Origin: Saccostrea cucullata
Lineage: Eukaryota
Length of the DNA stretch: 64,000 nucleotides
Assembly (NCBI RefSeq): GCF_032062105.1
Contig: NW_026930986.1
Location: 124,001-188,000, forward strand
Reading direction: 5' to 3'
The notes beneath the pieces are model-generated. The model was not told the origin of the DNA. It worked only from the letters and a program-made list of their open reading frames with translations, and searched no databases. Positions 1-13,350 of the stretch are shown in pieces (positions within the stretch are counted from its first letter, which is position 1; every line of letters starts with the position of its first letter). The position numbers and the translations under genes are program-made.

Positions 1-107
1 TTGTAAGGATTTTTTTTATTAAGTAATGGAATCTAGTAAAGGAACATACATGTAGGGTAGATAGAACTCACCTTGGATGGTATACATTTCTTTAATATTT
101 TTCTGAA

Positions 108-3100
108 ACCCGAACCCTGTTATTAGCAGACATATTTTTGTATTCTTATGAAGCAGAATTTGTTCCAAATCTTATACGTGAAAAGAATGAACACCCATTC
201 TCAATATAAGGGCTCAAATGATGTCGCCTCATTTTCATTTAAAAGAAATGCCACTGATGTAATTTTTAAAACAACATTATAAATAGTCATATAACAATGA
301 ATAAGAATTCATATAATTATCGATCTGAAAGGGTATCTAAGGAGTTCCAAATTCAAATATAGTAGCCTATTTGAAATGTACGTTACTGTCGCCGAGGCAA
401 ATATTATTCTGAATCCCCTCTGTGTAATATATAGTTTTGATTCTCAAGTAAAAATTTTCTGATAAGTTAAACCTTGTATCATATATATTTCTTTTCATAA
501 CAATAAATACATTTTCTTTGTGATAATAAATAATTTTTATTGAGCAATGTCCCTGTCGCTTAATTCTATTTCAACCACGTTACAAGCAAACACAAAGATT
601 ATACACCTGATAGTTTTGTTCTCCTTTATTTATTGATGGGCTACATTTGAAATTTCAAAGGGTTAATTACTCCTACTTAGATAATGTAACATGAAATTGA
701 ACAACTTGAGCAACTTTTATAAATATGTTCACGGAATGAAAGACATTTTCAATCGTAGAGATAAGAAAGAAATGTACGTTACCTATATTCTTCCATTAAG
801 AATACATATTAAGTAGAAAATATGAGACGACTCTGAATAAGCAACCCCTTGCATCCTGTAAATTGGCAAAGACGTTTTGCTTAACACAATTAAAAATTAT
901 TTTTTACATGAAAAGTGATCATTTGAAATGTACGTGACTGAAATGTACGTTACCATGAAATTCGATTAAGTGAATCTCGCACGAATTTTCATGTATTCTA
1001 ATACTTTCACACACTCGAATGTGTACACAAAGGAAAGTTTCAAAGGTTGGAGGTCGGCTAAATCCCAAAATTAATGAAAAGAAACGTCTCTGCTGAGGAA
1101 AAAAATATATTAAGGTCAATTATTATGTAATATGATTTTGATACCTGGTATATATTTCTGAATACGAAACCTGTATGATGCATTTCTTATGATATGCAGG
1201 TTCAAATAGTATCAATATATTGCGCGTCTAACGTATGCTTGTGGAAGAGAATTTATTTCTATATTTGAAATGTACGTTACGTATGGTAACGTACATTTTT
1301 TGTATTTCTAAACGGAATTTTTTTTAATTTAGTCAATGAATTGCGTTTACACGAGCGAAACAAAATTATCGTTACAATCCATTTGACAACTGGCCACATC
1401 TAAATGCACCCCAATCCTCGTAAATGTTTTAAACTGTTACCACATGCTAGAAAATTTATTTCTAAGTGTCTTAAATTCATCTTTGGCAACCATTTTGCAG
1501 TTTGTTTACTTTTCATGTGCGACTTTTCGTAAATATTAATTGAATTGTTGTTGATAATTTAAAACAAGGTATGCATAGGCTTATAATTGGTAAAAAAAAA
1601 ACAAACAAACAAAAAAGAAAAGAAAAAGAAACAAAACAAATAAACCTAGAACACAAGACGGTCACGTGCATTATAAATACTGAATACTCAGTTTTGTTTG
1701 AATCATTGCATTTTGGGTTATATTTTTCCAGATCTGCTGAAAAGCACGTATGTGTGTGTTTTGAAAAACGATGTTGCAACATACTAAATGAAATTGTTAA
1801 CAGGACTGTCGATGGATATATTCGGAATAGATTTATGTTAAGTTTCAATGGCCAAACGCGAACATTTGTTAAATCATAGCAAAATACATCTGACTCTTAT
1901 ATTTTTTTGTCTGTAACCTTGCACACAGTTAGAAGTAACTAGGCTACGACCGGTGTCAATTTCAGCGAAACAGCACAAAAGAATGGTTATGAACTGAGGT
2001 GGAGGGGACTCCCCAATAATATGTGAAATGAACGTTACCGAAGTGACGTAACATTCATGTAGTTGATGACAATAACCTCGTTTGTTACATTATGATTTCT
2101 TATATTACTGCCTTAAAACGCTTCATTGATATGATTTTTATGTCAATAATTGCTTTTTTTTCAATATTTTCTTATTACTAATTTACATATTATTACAAGC
2201 TTGAAATGTACGTTACCTACTCATATTCTGAGGCAATCGTGTCTTTAAAGTGGTGATAAAATTGTGACATATAGCACAATGTGATTACATAGAGAATCTT
2301 TTTTGGAATAAACTGAAACAAAACGATGAATTTTTAGATGAAGTTTAGATGAATTTTAAGCTTTTTATTAAACAGAAATATATCTTGAAATGTACGTTAC
2401 ATTTACATAGTTTTCTAAATCGGCATGGATATATGTTAAAAAAGACAGTAACTACAAAATAGAATTTTACTACATGTACATGTTAGGTTCTAGTATCTAT
2501 TAAAAATGACAAGATTCCAAACTGATCGCTCTTAACAAAACAGAGAGAAGAATTTAAAGCATATATTTCAAAATGCTTTTACACATCTGGATCAAAAAGT
2601 AACCTTTGTTTTTTGAAAGGAAAAATCAAACGCACGTTCGTATGCCGAGAAAATATGTTGCCGACAGAGTTGGTAGGATGTGCTGGTGTTAAGATGAGAT
2701 ATTCCAATTGTGATTTTAATGACTACATTTTTTTTGACATATTTTTTTTGGACATTGAAGAAAGAGTAACGTACATTTCAAGCTACATTTCTGAATAAAA
2801 TTACCCTCTACTTTATCGTCTTGTCATTATTTCATGTATTATAATTTGATGAAAAAAATCTGGAAACAAAATCTTCAGATACTTTCTTTCAAAGGTAATT
2901 GATAGAAAAATTGTTATCTTGAACTTCATTTTTTAAAAAATCAGAGAGGCATTTGTGCCCTTATATTGAGAATGGGTGGAAACACTTGCTATATGGCCTT
3001 CAGATCGACATTTAGATATATTGACGTCATATTGTCAATTAACTGGTTATTTCATTCTTATGTCAATACGATTTATCCCGGGGAACTTAAAATAAAAGAT

Positions 3101-3335
3101 ACCATACAGTCTTACACATCTGTTTCATTTTTGGATATTTTACTTGAAAAAGACGTGATTGGTAATCCAACAACCAAGCTTTATGATAAACGTGATTATT
3201 TTATTTTACTTTTCAATCGACAACTTCCTTACTTAGGCAGAAATAAACCTTCTTTACTGCATACGGGGTTTATCTTTCTCAGTTGATTCGATACGCAAGA
3301 GCATGCTCTACGTATACAATTTCTAAAACGAGGTG
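108..3335 (+). mobile_element. Degenerate Penelope-like retroelement RT fragment, split by a DNA transposon insertion
   Basis: 114-191 reads PLLADIFLYSYEAEFV..LIREKN. It resumes after 2978 as ...AFRSTFRYIDVILSIN...IYPGELKIKDT...SFLDILL...TKLYDKRD (ORF 2966-3286), which resembles Penelope-type RT motifs. Frameshifts are present. Confidence 0.75.
192..2978. mobile_element. Non-autonomous CMC/EnSpm (CACTA-like) DNA transposon
   Basis: 29-bp TIRs CACCCATTCTCAATATAAGGGC(T/A)CAAATG with 1 mismatch. 3-bp TSD GAA (189-191, 2979-2981). About 10 dispersed internal copies of GAAATGTACGTTAC in both orientations. No transposase ORF. Confidence 0.8.
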
Positions 3336-3349
3336 AACAAGCAATTTAA

Positions 3350-4666
3350 GGTCTTTCCACCCTTACAATTTTAATGGTTAAAAGTACAAAAATTGAATTT
3401 ATTTTCATTTAATAAAGTTTTATAAATTTACCAATTATTTCCAATGAAAATATATAGGTAGGCATATTATTTAAGATGGGAGATGTAAATAAACAGAGGC
3501 ATATGTCAACATTAAAAATCGTACATTTTTTGTGAACAGTATCATAAATATTATGTAAAAACTGAGTCAAATGCATAATTATAATTAGGGGTGTCAAAAT
3601 TGTCAATAATTGATATTCAAATATTCGATAGGAGTATTCGAATATATTCGAATATTCGATAAAATAAATACATCTTGCATTATTAAATATGCATCTTCAC
3701 TCTCCTGTAAAGCAGTATAGGTTTTATACCATTATTTTGGAATAAAAACTCATGTAGAGTTCGGAAAATGCAATACAAATACATATTTTTAAAAGAATTA
3801 TTGAATAGTATACATCCAAAATGTAATGACTGTTTTTAGAAAATTCAAAAGATTCTATAATATTTTCCAGATTAATTGAATGTCTAACTAAAGTCTACAC
3901 TGGTAACTCCTACAAATTTATACCAAGCAGAACAATTATCTAAAGGTGAAATATTAAAAGCAATTACTTTTTGCTAATTATAATTTCCTGATAATGATTT
4001 TTGATGATATTTACGTAAACAAGAAGTCCATGTGTTTACTGTAAAACTGGGCCCTAAACAACAATACAAACTGATTGTAAGTACTGGAAACTATTAAAGC
4101 ACTAATTAAGTGAACAAATAAATAAATTACTTTAATATACACATTTAAGGTATTCCAATAGGAGTTTTTTTTGTACAAACTTGATTCAATTTCTAATAAA
4201 ACTTGCCAGGTTTTTCTCTCTTTTTAATGCATGTATACTTAAAAACGAATATTCGAATCATAAATTTATATTCGAATATCAACTCATCGAATGAATATTC
4301 GAATATTCGAATATTCGTTGACATCCCTAATTATAATGCTGAAAGTTCCTAAATACCTGCTACTTGTAAGATACTTTTAAATTGTGAATATCAGGGAAAC
4401 TATTTTACATTTATATTGGAAGTACAATAAAGAAAATGCCTGAATGAAGCTACCTGGGCAGGCGTTATTGCACTTGTCAACATTTTTTAAAGATTGAATA
4501 ATTAAATAAAGGAAATATGCATTTTAAAAATTCTTTTGCTTAACAATATTTTTCATTACACCTATTGTAAAGCATTCTTCCAAAAGATATTGTTCTATTA
4601 GGTATGAATTTAAACTAATTACAGATTTAGCAAAAACCTATGACATCATAGGAGGGTGGAATTACC
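3350..4666. mobile_element. Kolobok-like non-autonomous element (TTAA TSD, GG..CC termini)
   Basis: ttaa|GGTCTTTCCACCCT ... AGGGTGGAATTACC|ttaa. Hosts the hAT MITE at 3586-4329. Confidence 0.65.
3586..4329. mobile_element. hAT-type MITE, copy 1 (744 bp)
   Basis: TAGGGGTGTCAA...TTGACATCCCTA termini, 8-bp TSD ATTATAAT, subterminal ATTCGAAT repeats. Confidence 0.9.
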
Positions 4667-4785
4667 TTAAAAGAATTGTGGTCCCTTGCTTTCGTTGTCT
4701 TTTTGGGTGAGATACATGTAATTTTTATATATATGAAAGCCCTATCTCTTCTCATTCAAAAGTTATACTAGTAAGGAAAAATTAC

Positions 4786-4845
4786 GCGTGACCGGTCGGC
4801 AGGGAATGCTCACTCCTTCATGGCACCTGATTCCACCTCATATGT
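4786..4845 (+). mobile_element. Conserved non-coding segment of a repeat family, likely Penelope-associated
   Basis: GTGACCGGTCGGCAGGGAATGCTCACTCCTTCATGGCACCTGATTCCACCTC lies downstream of the RT fragment. A second inverted copy is at about 44941-44995. Confidence 0.5.
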
Positions 4846-4906
4846 TTTGGAGGTTGTGTTTTTGTATTGTTTTATGGACATTTGAGCTTGATTACTGTTC
4901 GTTATA

Positions 4907-5082
4907 CAGTGAAACCTGTCTAATCCGACATGCACTGGGAGACAAATTTTGTGTCGGAATAGACAGGGTGTCGGATTGCACAGTGTTAATAACAATGAAA
5001 ATACTAAACTTGGAATAAAATTAAACGTCGGAATTCACAGTGTGTCGGATTATTCAGGTGTCGGATTAGACAGTTTTCACTG
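4907..5082. mobile_element. Tc1/mariner-type MITE
   Basis: ta|CAGTGAAACCTGTCTAATCCGAC ... GTCGGATTAGACAGTTTTCACTG|ta. Confidence 0.85.
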
Positions 5083-5160
5083 TATATATATATATGTTAA
5101 ATGAAATTTGGAAACTTCATTTTCTTTTTCTTTTATAATTATTTTCACCTGTGTGACATC

Positions 5161-5326
5161 NNNNNNNNNNNNNNNNNNNNNNNNNNNNNNNNNNNNNNNN
5201 NNNNNNNNNNNNNNNNNNNNNNNNNNNNNNNNNNNNNNNNNNNNNNNNNNNNNNNNNNNNNNNNNNNNNNNNNNNNNNNNNNNNNNNNNNNNNNNNNNNN
5301 NNNNNNNNNNNNNNNNNNNNNNNNNN
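5161..5326. other. Assembly gap
   Basis: Run of N. Confidence 1.
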
Positions 5327-7343
5327 TTCTGACAGTGTTCAGGTCTTCTTCTTTTTTTTTTACATTTAATAAATTTTTCACTGCGATTTAAGTTTGCCTT
5401 ATATCATTATCTTGTGAATTTTGATGTATAGATAGTTTACATTTTCATGATATTTTTGTTTCACAAAAATGACTTAAATATTGTCTCTCTGAGTACCATA
5501 TTTCAGTAGCTCCTGGAGAATTAGTGTTAAAATACGTACGGGACGTCCTGTACATACGAAATAAGTATCATGATTAGAGAGAACACCAATCTGCTTTTGA
5601 AAGTACATATAAAGGGATTTTTTCTACTCAGCAGATTTTGTTAGTGGAGATAGAAATGTTTTCGTCAGATTTCAGTTTATCATAATTTTTGAAAATTGTT
5701 TCGGAAACAAAATGAGTTATCATTCTTTGTTGATGGCCAATACTCCTCAAGCTTCAAGGCAGAAGTTGTAAGTCTACACAATTTGATATAAAAGATTCGA
5801 ATAAAGAGCTTGAAAATAACCTAGGGTTATCGATTTCTGCAATGACAGAGAAACATTTAGAGCTTTTCGACATGAATGATTATATTTTTCCATATCTGGA
5901 AAAGCGAAACATTTCCTGAAAGAGGAAACATAAAAAGATTTTTGTTAGAAGGTTTGAATGACAAGATATTGGCAGACATTAGACCAAGATAAGAAGCATG
6001 TTATTAGAATAAGTTCAGCTAGAGGATAAAGCTCATTTCTTTTTGTCGGTTAAAGAAGACTAAAAATTCTTTCCAAATATTTTAGTACCAATATCTGGCC
6101 CTCTGGATTGGTGAATCTGCCCCCCCCCCCTTAAAAGAATAAACATAATAAAATAAATAAATAGATTTATTTGGTTTAAATTTCTTTGTCCAAAGTATAT
6201 AAAACGTGCTTCATTTTTTTGTTTGATATTCAAAGAAATTAACGTTAAGATGCACGGAATACTACCCAAATGGTACCCATGTACTTACCAGTATCAAAAT
6301 AAAACCTGACCCTCCCACACACCATTTCCCACTCGCCTCTTTTTAGAAACCTGACGAAGGTCATTAATACTTTTTTGCTTTCATTTGCATCGTATAATTT
6401 CTTATTTGTATTTTTAAATTAATGCATTATTTGTATTCTATTACTTTTTGTATTCGATATTTTTTTTCGTTTGCATTGTATCCGGGGGATTGTAAACTTC
6501 TTTCGCGACGAAGAAATCCATTGCTCAAGTTTTTGTCTTTAAGAAGTAAAGTGTTCAAAAAAGAAAGATATGTTTCGGGTGAACTGGGCTCCTCAATATG
6601 TATTTCCATGGATGCTAAGGTATTTTCCGGGGAGGTTAGCGGGTTGGAGTTGAGAGGGAGACTGGCGAATCTTGTCAAATTAGATTATTTATTTCTATGC
6701 TCTAGGTCTTGCAGAGAGAATATTTATGTCCAAGATGACCAGAAACAAGAAGAAGTAGAAAATTTGCCCAAACCCGAAAACTCCATTTGGGGGGGGGGGG
6801 GGGGTCCCACCATTCAAGATCAAATTAGTCATTTTCTCGGAAACATTTCTAAGGACAGATTATTTCTTTGCTATCTGTCGTGCAGCGCACGCTAAGAGCC
6901 CCGTTTGCTTTTCGGGAGCACCCCCAAACAACTCGCGCATTTTTAACACGACCAATAAAATCATTCGTGACAAAATCCTCGGATACAATACAACCAATCA
7001 AATCATTCGTAACGAAATCCTCGGATACAATGCAAATAAAAAATTACTGAATACAAATTAAAAAAAACTTTATAATTCAAAAGGAAGGTATACAATGCCA
7101 TTTAAAAATATATAATAAAAAACTCAACAATTCAAATGGAAAATTTTAGAATAAAATGGAAAATTTTAAAATACAAATGGAAAATTATAGAATACAAATT
7201 TTATAAAAATTATACAACACAAATGGAAAATTGTCCAATGCAAATTGAGGATGCATTGTCCAACAGAATCCCATTGCAGTGTGATGGTAATATTGGCAAC
7301 AAGGATAGAACGATCTGTATATTGAAAATCGGAAAAGTCAGAG

Positions 7344-8413
7344 AAAGAAGATGGGGGGACAAGGCGGGCAGAATGCCTATAGCGTCGAATATTAAGAAAT
7401 CAGAATTAATATGTGAATTGAGTATTTAAATTAACTTCTCATTATCTACATTTATGAAATTATGAGGGAAAAAAACCTTTTCTGAGAGAAAAAAATCTCG
7501 TAAAAACTGTTTTCCTTTTATAAAAATATAAGGTGATATTCGTGGGATTCGAACCCTAGCAATAAAACTCTGACGTATCATACAGAGACTAACGCGCTAA
7601 CCACTATGCTACATATTGCTCATGAGTATATTGGGCATTTAAATCCAGAAAGATACGAATTATTTGTCATAAAAGTATATTTACATCCACTGAATATTTT
7701 CTTCTTTATTTCTTAAGAAAACCCATTGCGTTCATCACTGCATGAACTACATTACGCATATCACCTGTACAGATTTCTTGATCAGTGGCCGTTCCATCAA
7801 TGAAACGTACAAAGACGTTCGCATCATTAACACAATAATTAATATTTTTAACCCTACTGAAAATGATAATTTAAACAGATATAAATATAAACAATAAAAT
7901 GTCTTTCTTTGTTTGTTATTACTAGAATGAACGGTCGCAGCTATTGCAGAAAAAATTACATAACCCGCTTACGCGGGTTATGTATTTTTTCTGCAACAGC
8001 TGCTTCCCTTCATTCCAATAATAAGAAACAAAGAAAGCATTTTATTGTTTAAATATATTTTAAGGTATAGTGGGTCTTCGCTGAATGTTTTTGTAAACCA
8101 ATAAATGTATATTTTTTTGCAAACTTTCAGGATTATCTTTCAAAAAATGGAGCGAAGACCCACCCAAATTTTAAAATTCTTGTTAAACTATAAGAAAATG
8201 ATCGTTTTTGTTCTTTTTAGTGTGTGTATGCTTTTTTATATGCAAATATTTTCAGTCTTTGTGAGATTTTTGTAATTGTAGAGATTTTACATTAATTATA
8301 CTTTAATATTAGATAAAATATCAAATAAATTTGGATATTACTGAGATTAAATTTCCCACTTCTCATCTATCGCACTATATAGGCACTTCGCCCGCCTTAT
8401 CCCCATCTTCTTT
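7344..8413. mobile_element. TIR element containing a tRNA-derived segment and a nested palindromic MITE
   Basis: AAAGAAGATGGGGGGACAAGGCGGGC ... GCCCGCCTTATCCCCATCTTCTTT inverted ends. A reverse tRNA-like piece lies at about 7541-7612. Confidence 0.55.
7888..8051. mobile_element. Palindromic (foldback) MITE
   Basis: Near-perfect hairpin centred on ACATAACCCGC-TTAC-GCGGGTTATGT, with arms of about 80 bp. Confidence 0.8.
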
Positions 8414-9070
8414 GTATCAACCATTTGAAATTACTGGTTATATGTATAACTTACTGGTATTATTTATGATATGAGTAAACAAGAACACATTACCCTTCAG
8501 TGTCCTCGTTTTTAAGCGCTAAGCGCAGCGCAAAGCGCTTTCTGTCAGCGTAAATCTACTTCCGTACGCGATCCAGCGCCACAATAAGCAAGTTAGATAA
8601 CTCCTCTTGTTATTCTAAAAATATGCAACTCGAAATCCCTGACTCTCTTCCTGCTATTTTAGTGTACTGCTGCGTTACGTGCATTCGATTTGAAACACTC
8701 GTAAACGTGGAATGAATTTGTTATTAAAAATGATCACCAGAAGATTTTAGAAGGCAGTGTTGCAAACAAATGATAGGAATTTTAGCGACACTTTCAAGTT
8801 TTCAAATTTATTTCAAGATATACATTTTCCAGCAATTGTATCGCTACATTTAAACTCTGTTTCATTGGAAAACTCGATTTCCATCTCCTTTCCAATAAAT
8901 AACGATTTATACGCAAATTTTACCTCTAATAGATTCGTACAAGGCGATGGGGAAAGAAAATATTTTTACACGGAGAAATATTTTCTTTTGCAGTTTGATG
9001 TATGTGACATTGATTGATTTTTTGATACAACAGGAAATTTAAATTCAAAATAATTCCGATGAATTTCAAA

Positions 9071-9814
9071 TAGGGATGTCAACGAATATTCGAATATTCG
9101 AATATTCATTCGATGAGTTGATATTCGAATATAAATTTATGATTCGAATATTCGTTTTTAAGTATACATGCATTAAAAAGAGAGAAAAACCTGGCAAGTT
9201 TTATTAGAAATTGAATCAAGTTTGTACAAAAAAAACTCCTATTGGAATACCTTAAATGTGTATATTAAAGTAATTTATTTATTTGTTCACTTAATTAGTG
9301 CTTTAATAGTTTCCAGTACTTACAATCAGTTTGTATTGTTGTTTAGGGCCCAGTTTTACAGTAAACACATGGACTTCTTGTTTACGTAAATATCATCAAA
9401 AATCATTATCAGGAAATTATAATTAGCAAAAAGTAATTGCTTTTAATATTTCACCTTTAGATAATTGTTCTGCTTGGTATAAATTTGTAGGAGTTACCAG
9501 TGTAGACTTTAGTTAGACATTCAATTAATCTGGAAAATATTATAGAATCTTTTGAATTTTCTAAAAACAGTCATTACATTTTGGATGTATACTATTCAAT
9601 AATTCTTTTAAAAATATGTATTTGTATTGCATTTTCCGAACTCTACATGAGTTTTTATTCCAAAATAATGGTATAAAACCTATACTGCTTTACAGGAGAG
9701 TGAAGATGCATATTTAATAATGCAAGATGTATTTATTTTATCGAATATTCGAATATATTCGAATACTCCTATCGAATATTTGAATATCAATTATTGACAA
9801 TTTTGACACCCCTA
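9071..9814. mobile_element. hAT-type MITE, copy 2 (744 bp, inverted relative to copy 1)
   Basis: Reverse complement of 3586-4329 with its own 8-bp TSD ATTTCAAA. Confidence 0.9.
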
Positions 9815-11105
9815 ATTTCAAATCAATATGCTTAGCGCTTCCCAGTACTTTCAGTACTTTGACTTTTTTCTTGTTCTCATTCATTATTTAGTTGCTAAAT
9901 TAAAAAATTAAGATTGAAAAGTTGATTTTTGTTTAAATGAGAAACAAGAGAAAGGAATATTGAGCTTATTGATTTAATTGTTGTCATAAGCTAATTGTAA
10001 TTAAACGGTTTTACACTCCGCAAATTTAAGTTTACATGTTTACTTTTAACTGTTTGAGGAATTGCCGAATTGGAATATCAATAAATTGAACCATTTTATC
10101 TTTCCATACCAGGGTTTCCCAAGGCTCCGATATCGATTCCGTGTGACCTTTGAGTTGTCTAGAATGCCTGCTAACTAAGGAAGTCGATGAAATTGCGGTA
10201 CATAATTACAGTCTTCAAGCATTCCTGTTCATTGCAAATTGATTTCGGAGTTTTCTATGTAGTGTAGCGAGGGAAAGAAAATGGTAGATAGAAATTGATA
10301 TAACATGCATCACCAGTATTAGACGAGCTCCCAGACTCTGAAAATGAATATTAGTATTGATCTAGCTGCACCAAAATCGACTGTCTTAAAAGAAAACTTT
10401 AAGAACATTCTGTTTCGCGATTTTATTTCACAGCTTTTAAATATTGTGAATCATAAATGAAAAATAAGAGCAGAAAACAATTAATTAAAGCATTTCAAAT
10501 TTTGAAAAGATCTTTGTAGATTGCTTTTTGAAGACATATACATGCAATAATTTAGCTGTATACATACATGTAAAATAAAGGTAGATATTTTAATATAAAT
10601 TTACAACTGACTGTCAACGAAATACACTGAAAATACAAAAGCTGACACCCCCCCCCCTTCCAAAAGTAAAAAAAAAAAGAGGAAGAAATTTCTCTATTTA
10701 TTACTCTGCACTAGTATTATAGAGAAAACGATACCTTCGAATGATTTTGCAATCTAGGAGGGAGATGAATCTTATAAATAGAAATGGATAAATTTGATAA
10801 ATATTCTACTTCGTCACCCTCTAGTGGCCTAGCTCTGTGTTTGCAAGTGTCAGAATGATAATGCTGGTTATAAAACAAGCATGTTAACTGCAAAGTATCA
10901 CAAATTTTCATGATTTTAATTCTCATATATATCTAAAAAGGGACCGATTCATATCAGGGACCTTTTGGCATTTACTTCACCATGTCCTTTGCGTAGTGTT
11001 TATTTTTTTTCTTGACGGAATTCAATAGATCGATCCATTTGACTTTAAATTTTATATTCATTTGTTTTGAGTTTTGATTGAAAAGTGAAATTAGGAAAAA
11101 ATAAA

Positions 11106-12842
11106 ATGCCCCGAATTCTGGATATCATATTCCTTTTGTATTTCGTTTCTCATATCCCGATAACGGTTTTATTTGACTCTCAGGTGATTTTCCCAGCATG
11201 GCTGTATCCGAAAGTGGTATGCATTTCTTTTTTTCTATCAAAACAAACAGAATAGAAGGAAGTACAGTACGCCCCTCTGAGTCTCTCATGTCAAGTGTCA
11301 GTAAACTTACGGAACACAGTCCATCTTGGGATCAAGATATACTTTTATATGATTTTCTGTAATGTTGATATATATATACAGTCAAACCTTTTGATCTCAA
11401 ACTCAAATACCAAGGAAAAATTCCAAGATATGCAGCAGGGAATTCGAGAAACCAAGTAATGAAGTATAAAATTAATACACAAAGAAACTAGAGATTTCTG
11501 ACATTGAAATATCCATGGTTTTCGAGATATCCATACTCAAGATATCTATTTATAATGATTGAAATATGAAATTCAAAATGTCCATTTCAGCTTTTGGATG
11601 TGAAGAAGAAATACTGTGAAGATTTTAAAGATGTTCTCATGGCTGATCCCCCTCCCTGGTTCAAGTCATTCTGCTATTGTGAACTTCTTGTACAATTTCC
11701 TTTCTTTTTTGTTGCAACATATGCCCTGTGGAAAGGTTTGTACAGTACTATTCTAATTTCATTCTTTTTTAATTTGTTTGTAATTAGATCTTCACAATTA
11801 AGCCAATGGGTTAATTTTCGCTCTGCTTCACTGTGATAATTTCTTGTCAGTATTTATGATGACCATTTTTTTAAGTACCCGGTACATGTACAGTTTTTGT
11901 GCAGCAAATAACTGTACATATAATTATTTCTCATTCAACATTGATCGGACACTCACGAGGAGAGAATTGTCAGAAGGTCAAAAACCAAGGAAACCTTAAA
12001 GCTACCTTATCAGGCTTTAACTTCATTATGATTTGATTTTTTAAATTAATATTAAGATTCATATGTATGAATTGTAAACCAGTTATCTTACTGTAATATT
12101 TAATTAAGGAATAACTGTCAGATTTTTTGGTTTTATGATTTGATCAATCAATTGGCTTGAGTGATAATTTGCATAAAAGCGTTTATGCATAAAATTATTA
12201 TGCTAGCCAATCGATTGATCATCGTCATGAACCCCGAAAATCTGACATTTATTCTGATCTTATATTTATGAGATCTAGATACCCCAAATTTATGTGCTAC
12301 ATAAACAAGCCCATCGTCTTGCGATTTTGTCTTTATATACTTATCACATGATGAGTAAAGATGAGATCAACCATGGGTATCTGAAAATGAAGCAAGCCCA
12401 GCCTCTATCGCAATTTTTCCACCCACACAGGATTTTTTTAACCACGCCTATCTATGAGCCAGTATATTTATGTAGAAATAAAGTATTTTTACTATTAGTT
12501 TTATCTAGGACAAAGAATTCTAAAATGTAAATATAATGGAAAATAGCCAACAAATAAATCAATACAAATGTATAATTATTTCTCTTCCTAGGTGTTCAGA
12601 AGTGTCAATGGGTTCGGGTGCCCTTTATTGTTTATTCCACACACGTTGCCACGACAACTGTTGCTATATGCTACCACATTCTTATGGAGTCCTTCAGACA
12701 CCCAAAATACCCTGGACCAGAAACACTCAGCGAGAGACTTTACCTACTGGGAATATATTCTCCATATCTTATAATTCCAATATTACTTTTACTTGATTCT
12801 CTTTTTAGCAAAGTGTATACTAAGAAAATTAAACAGTCTTAG
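11106..12842 (+). CDS. TMEM97: Sigma-2 receptor / transmembrane protein 97 (EXPERA domain)
   Basis: Exons 11106-11216, 11591-11735, 12592-12842 with GT-AG boundaries in consistent phase. MPRILDIIFLLYFVSHIPITVLFDSQ...DPPPWFKSFCYCELLVQFPFF...YSTHVATT...YSPYLIIP, with a lysine-rich C-terminus KKIKQS. Confidence 0.92.
12116..12247. mobile_element. Small palindromic MITE in TMEM97 intron 2
   Basis: TGTCAGATTTT...GATCAATCAATTGGCT / AGCCAATCGATTGATC...AAAATCTGACA inverted arms. Confidence 0.6.
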
Positions 12843-13350
12843 TCAATGTTGATACTTGAATATTCAATGTCATTTTATAATCTTGTATTTTTGTTTACTG
12901 ACTCCATTTCATACATATGTTTCTCTGAATATAAAATTAAAGAAATTTTGACTTGTGTTGTTGTTGAAAATCAAGTCAAAATCTAACCTGAATTATATCA
13001 CAGGAGATGCTGTATTTATCAATTTTACTGTCATATTCAGTAAATAAAACAATATGTATTATTATTATAGGTATTGCATTTTTTTTTATGTACTGAAAAT
13101 TTAGGTAAAATTAATAGGTACGCAAACTCCTGTAATTATATGAATATTCTGTACTGAGTTTCATATTCAATTAATAATTAATAATAATCCTGCACACAGG
13201 AATATTCTACATAAGTGCAATAAGGAGTATCTTTACAGATAAAATGAGGTAACCAAAATTAATTCAGTACAATTAAGAGACGAGACAGAGATATTAACCA
13301 AAAATCAATTACACTGTGATGTATTACACATGTATTTTATTATCTATATC

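Noticed and set aside
5101-5391. ORFs spanning X residues
   Set aside because: Artefacts of the N gap.
6422-6895. 157-aa ORF and overlapping minus ORF
   Set aside because: No recognisable domain or splice structure; runs through a poly-G tract.
7541-7612. tRNA gene (also 17782-17862 and 25085-25145)
   Set aside because: Only A/B-box-like remnants with no complete cloverleaf, embedded in repeats.
3586-9814. Single 6.2-kb transposon with 744-bp TIRs
   Set aside because: Each arm has its own TIRs and TSD, and the outer flanks do not share a TSD.
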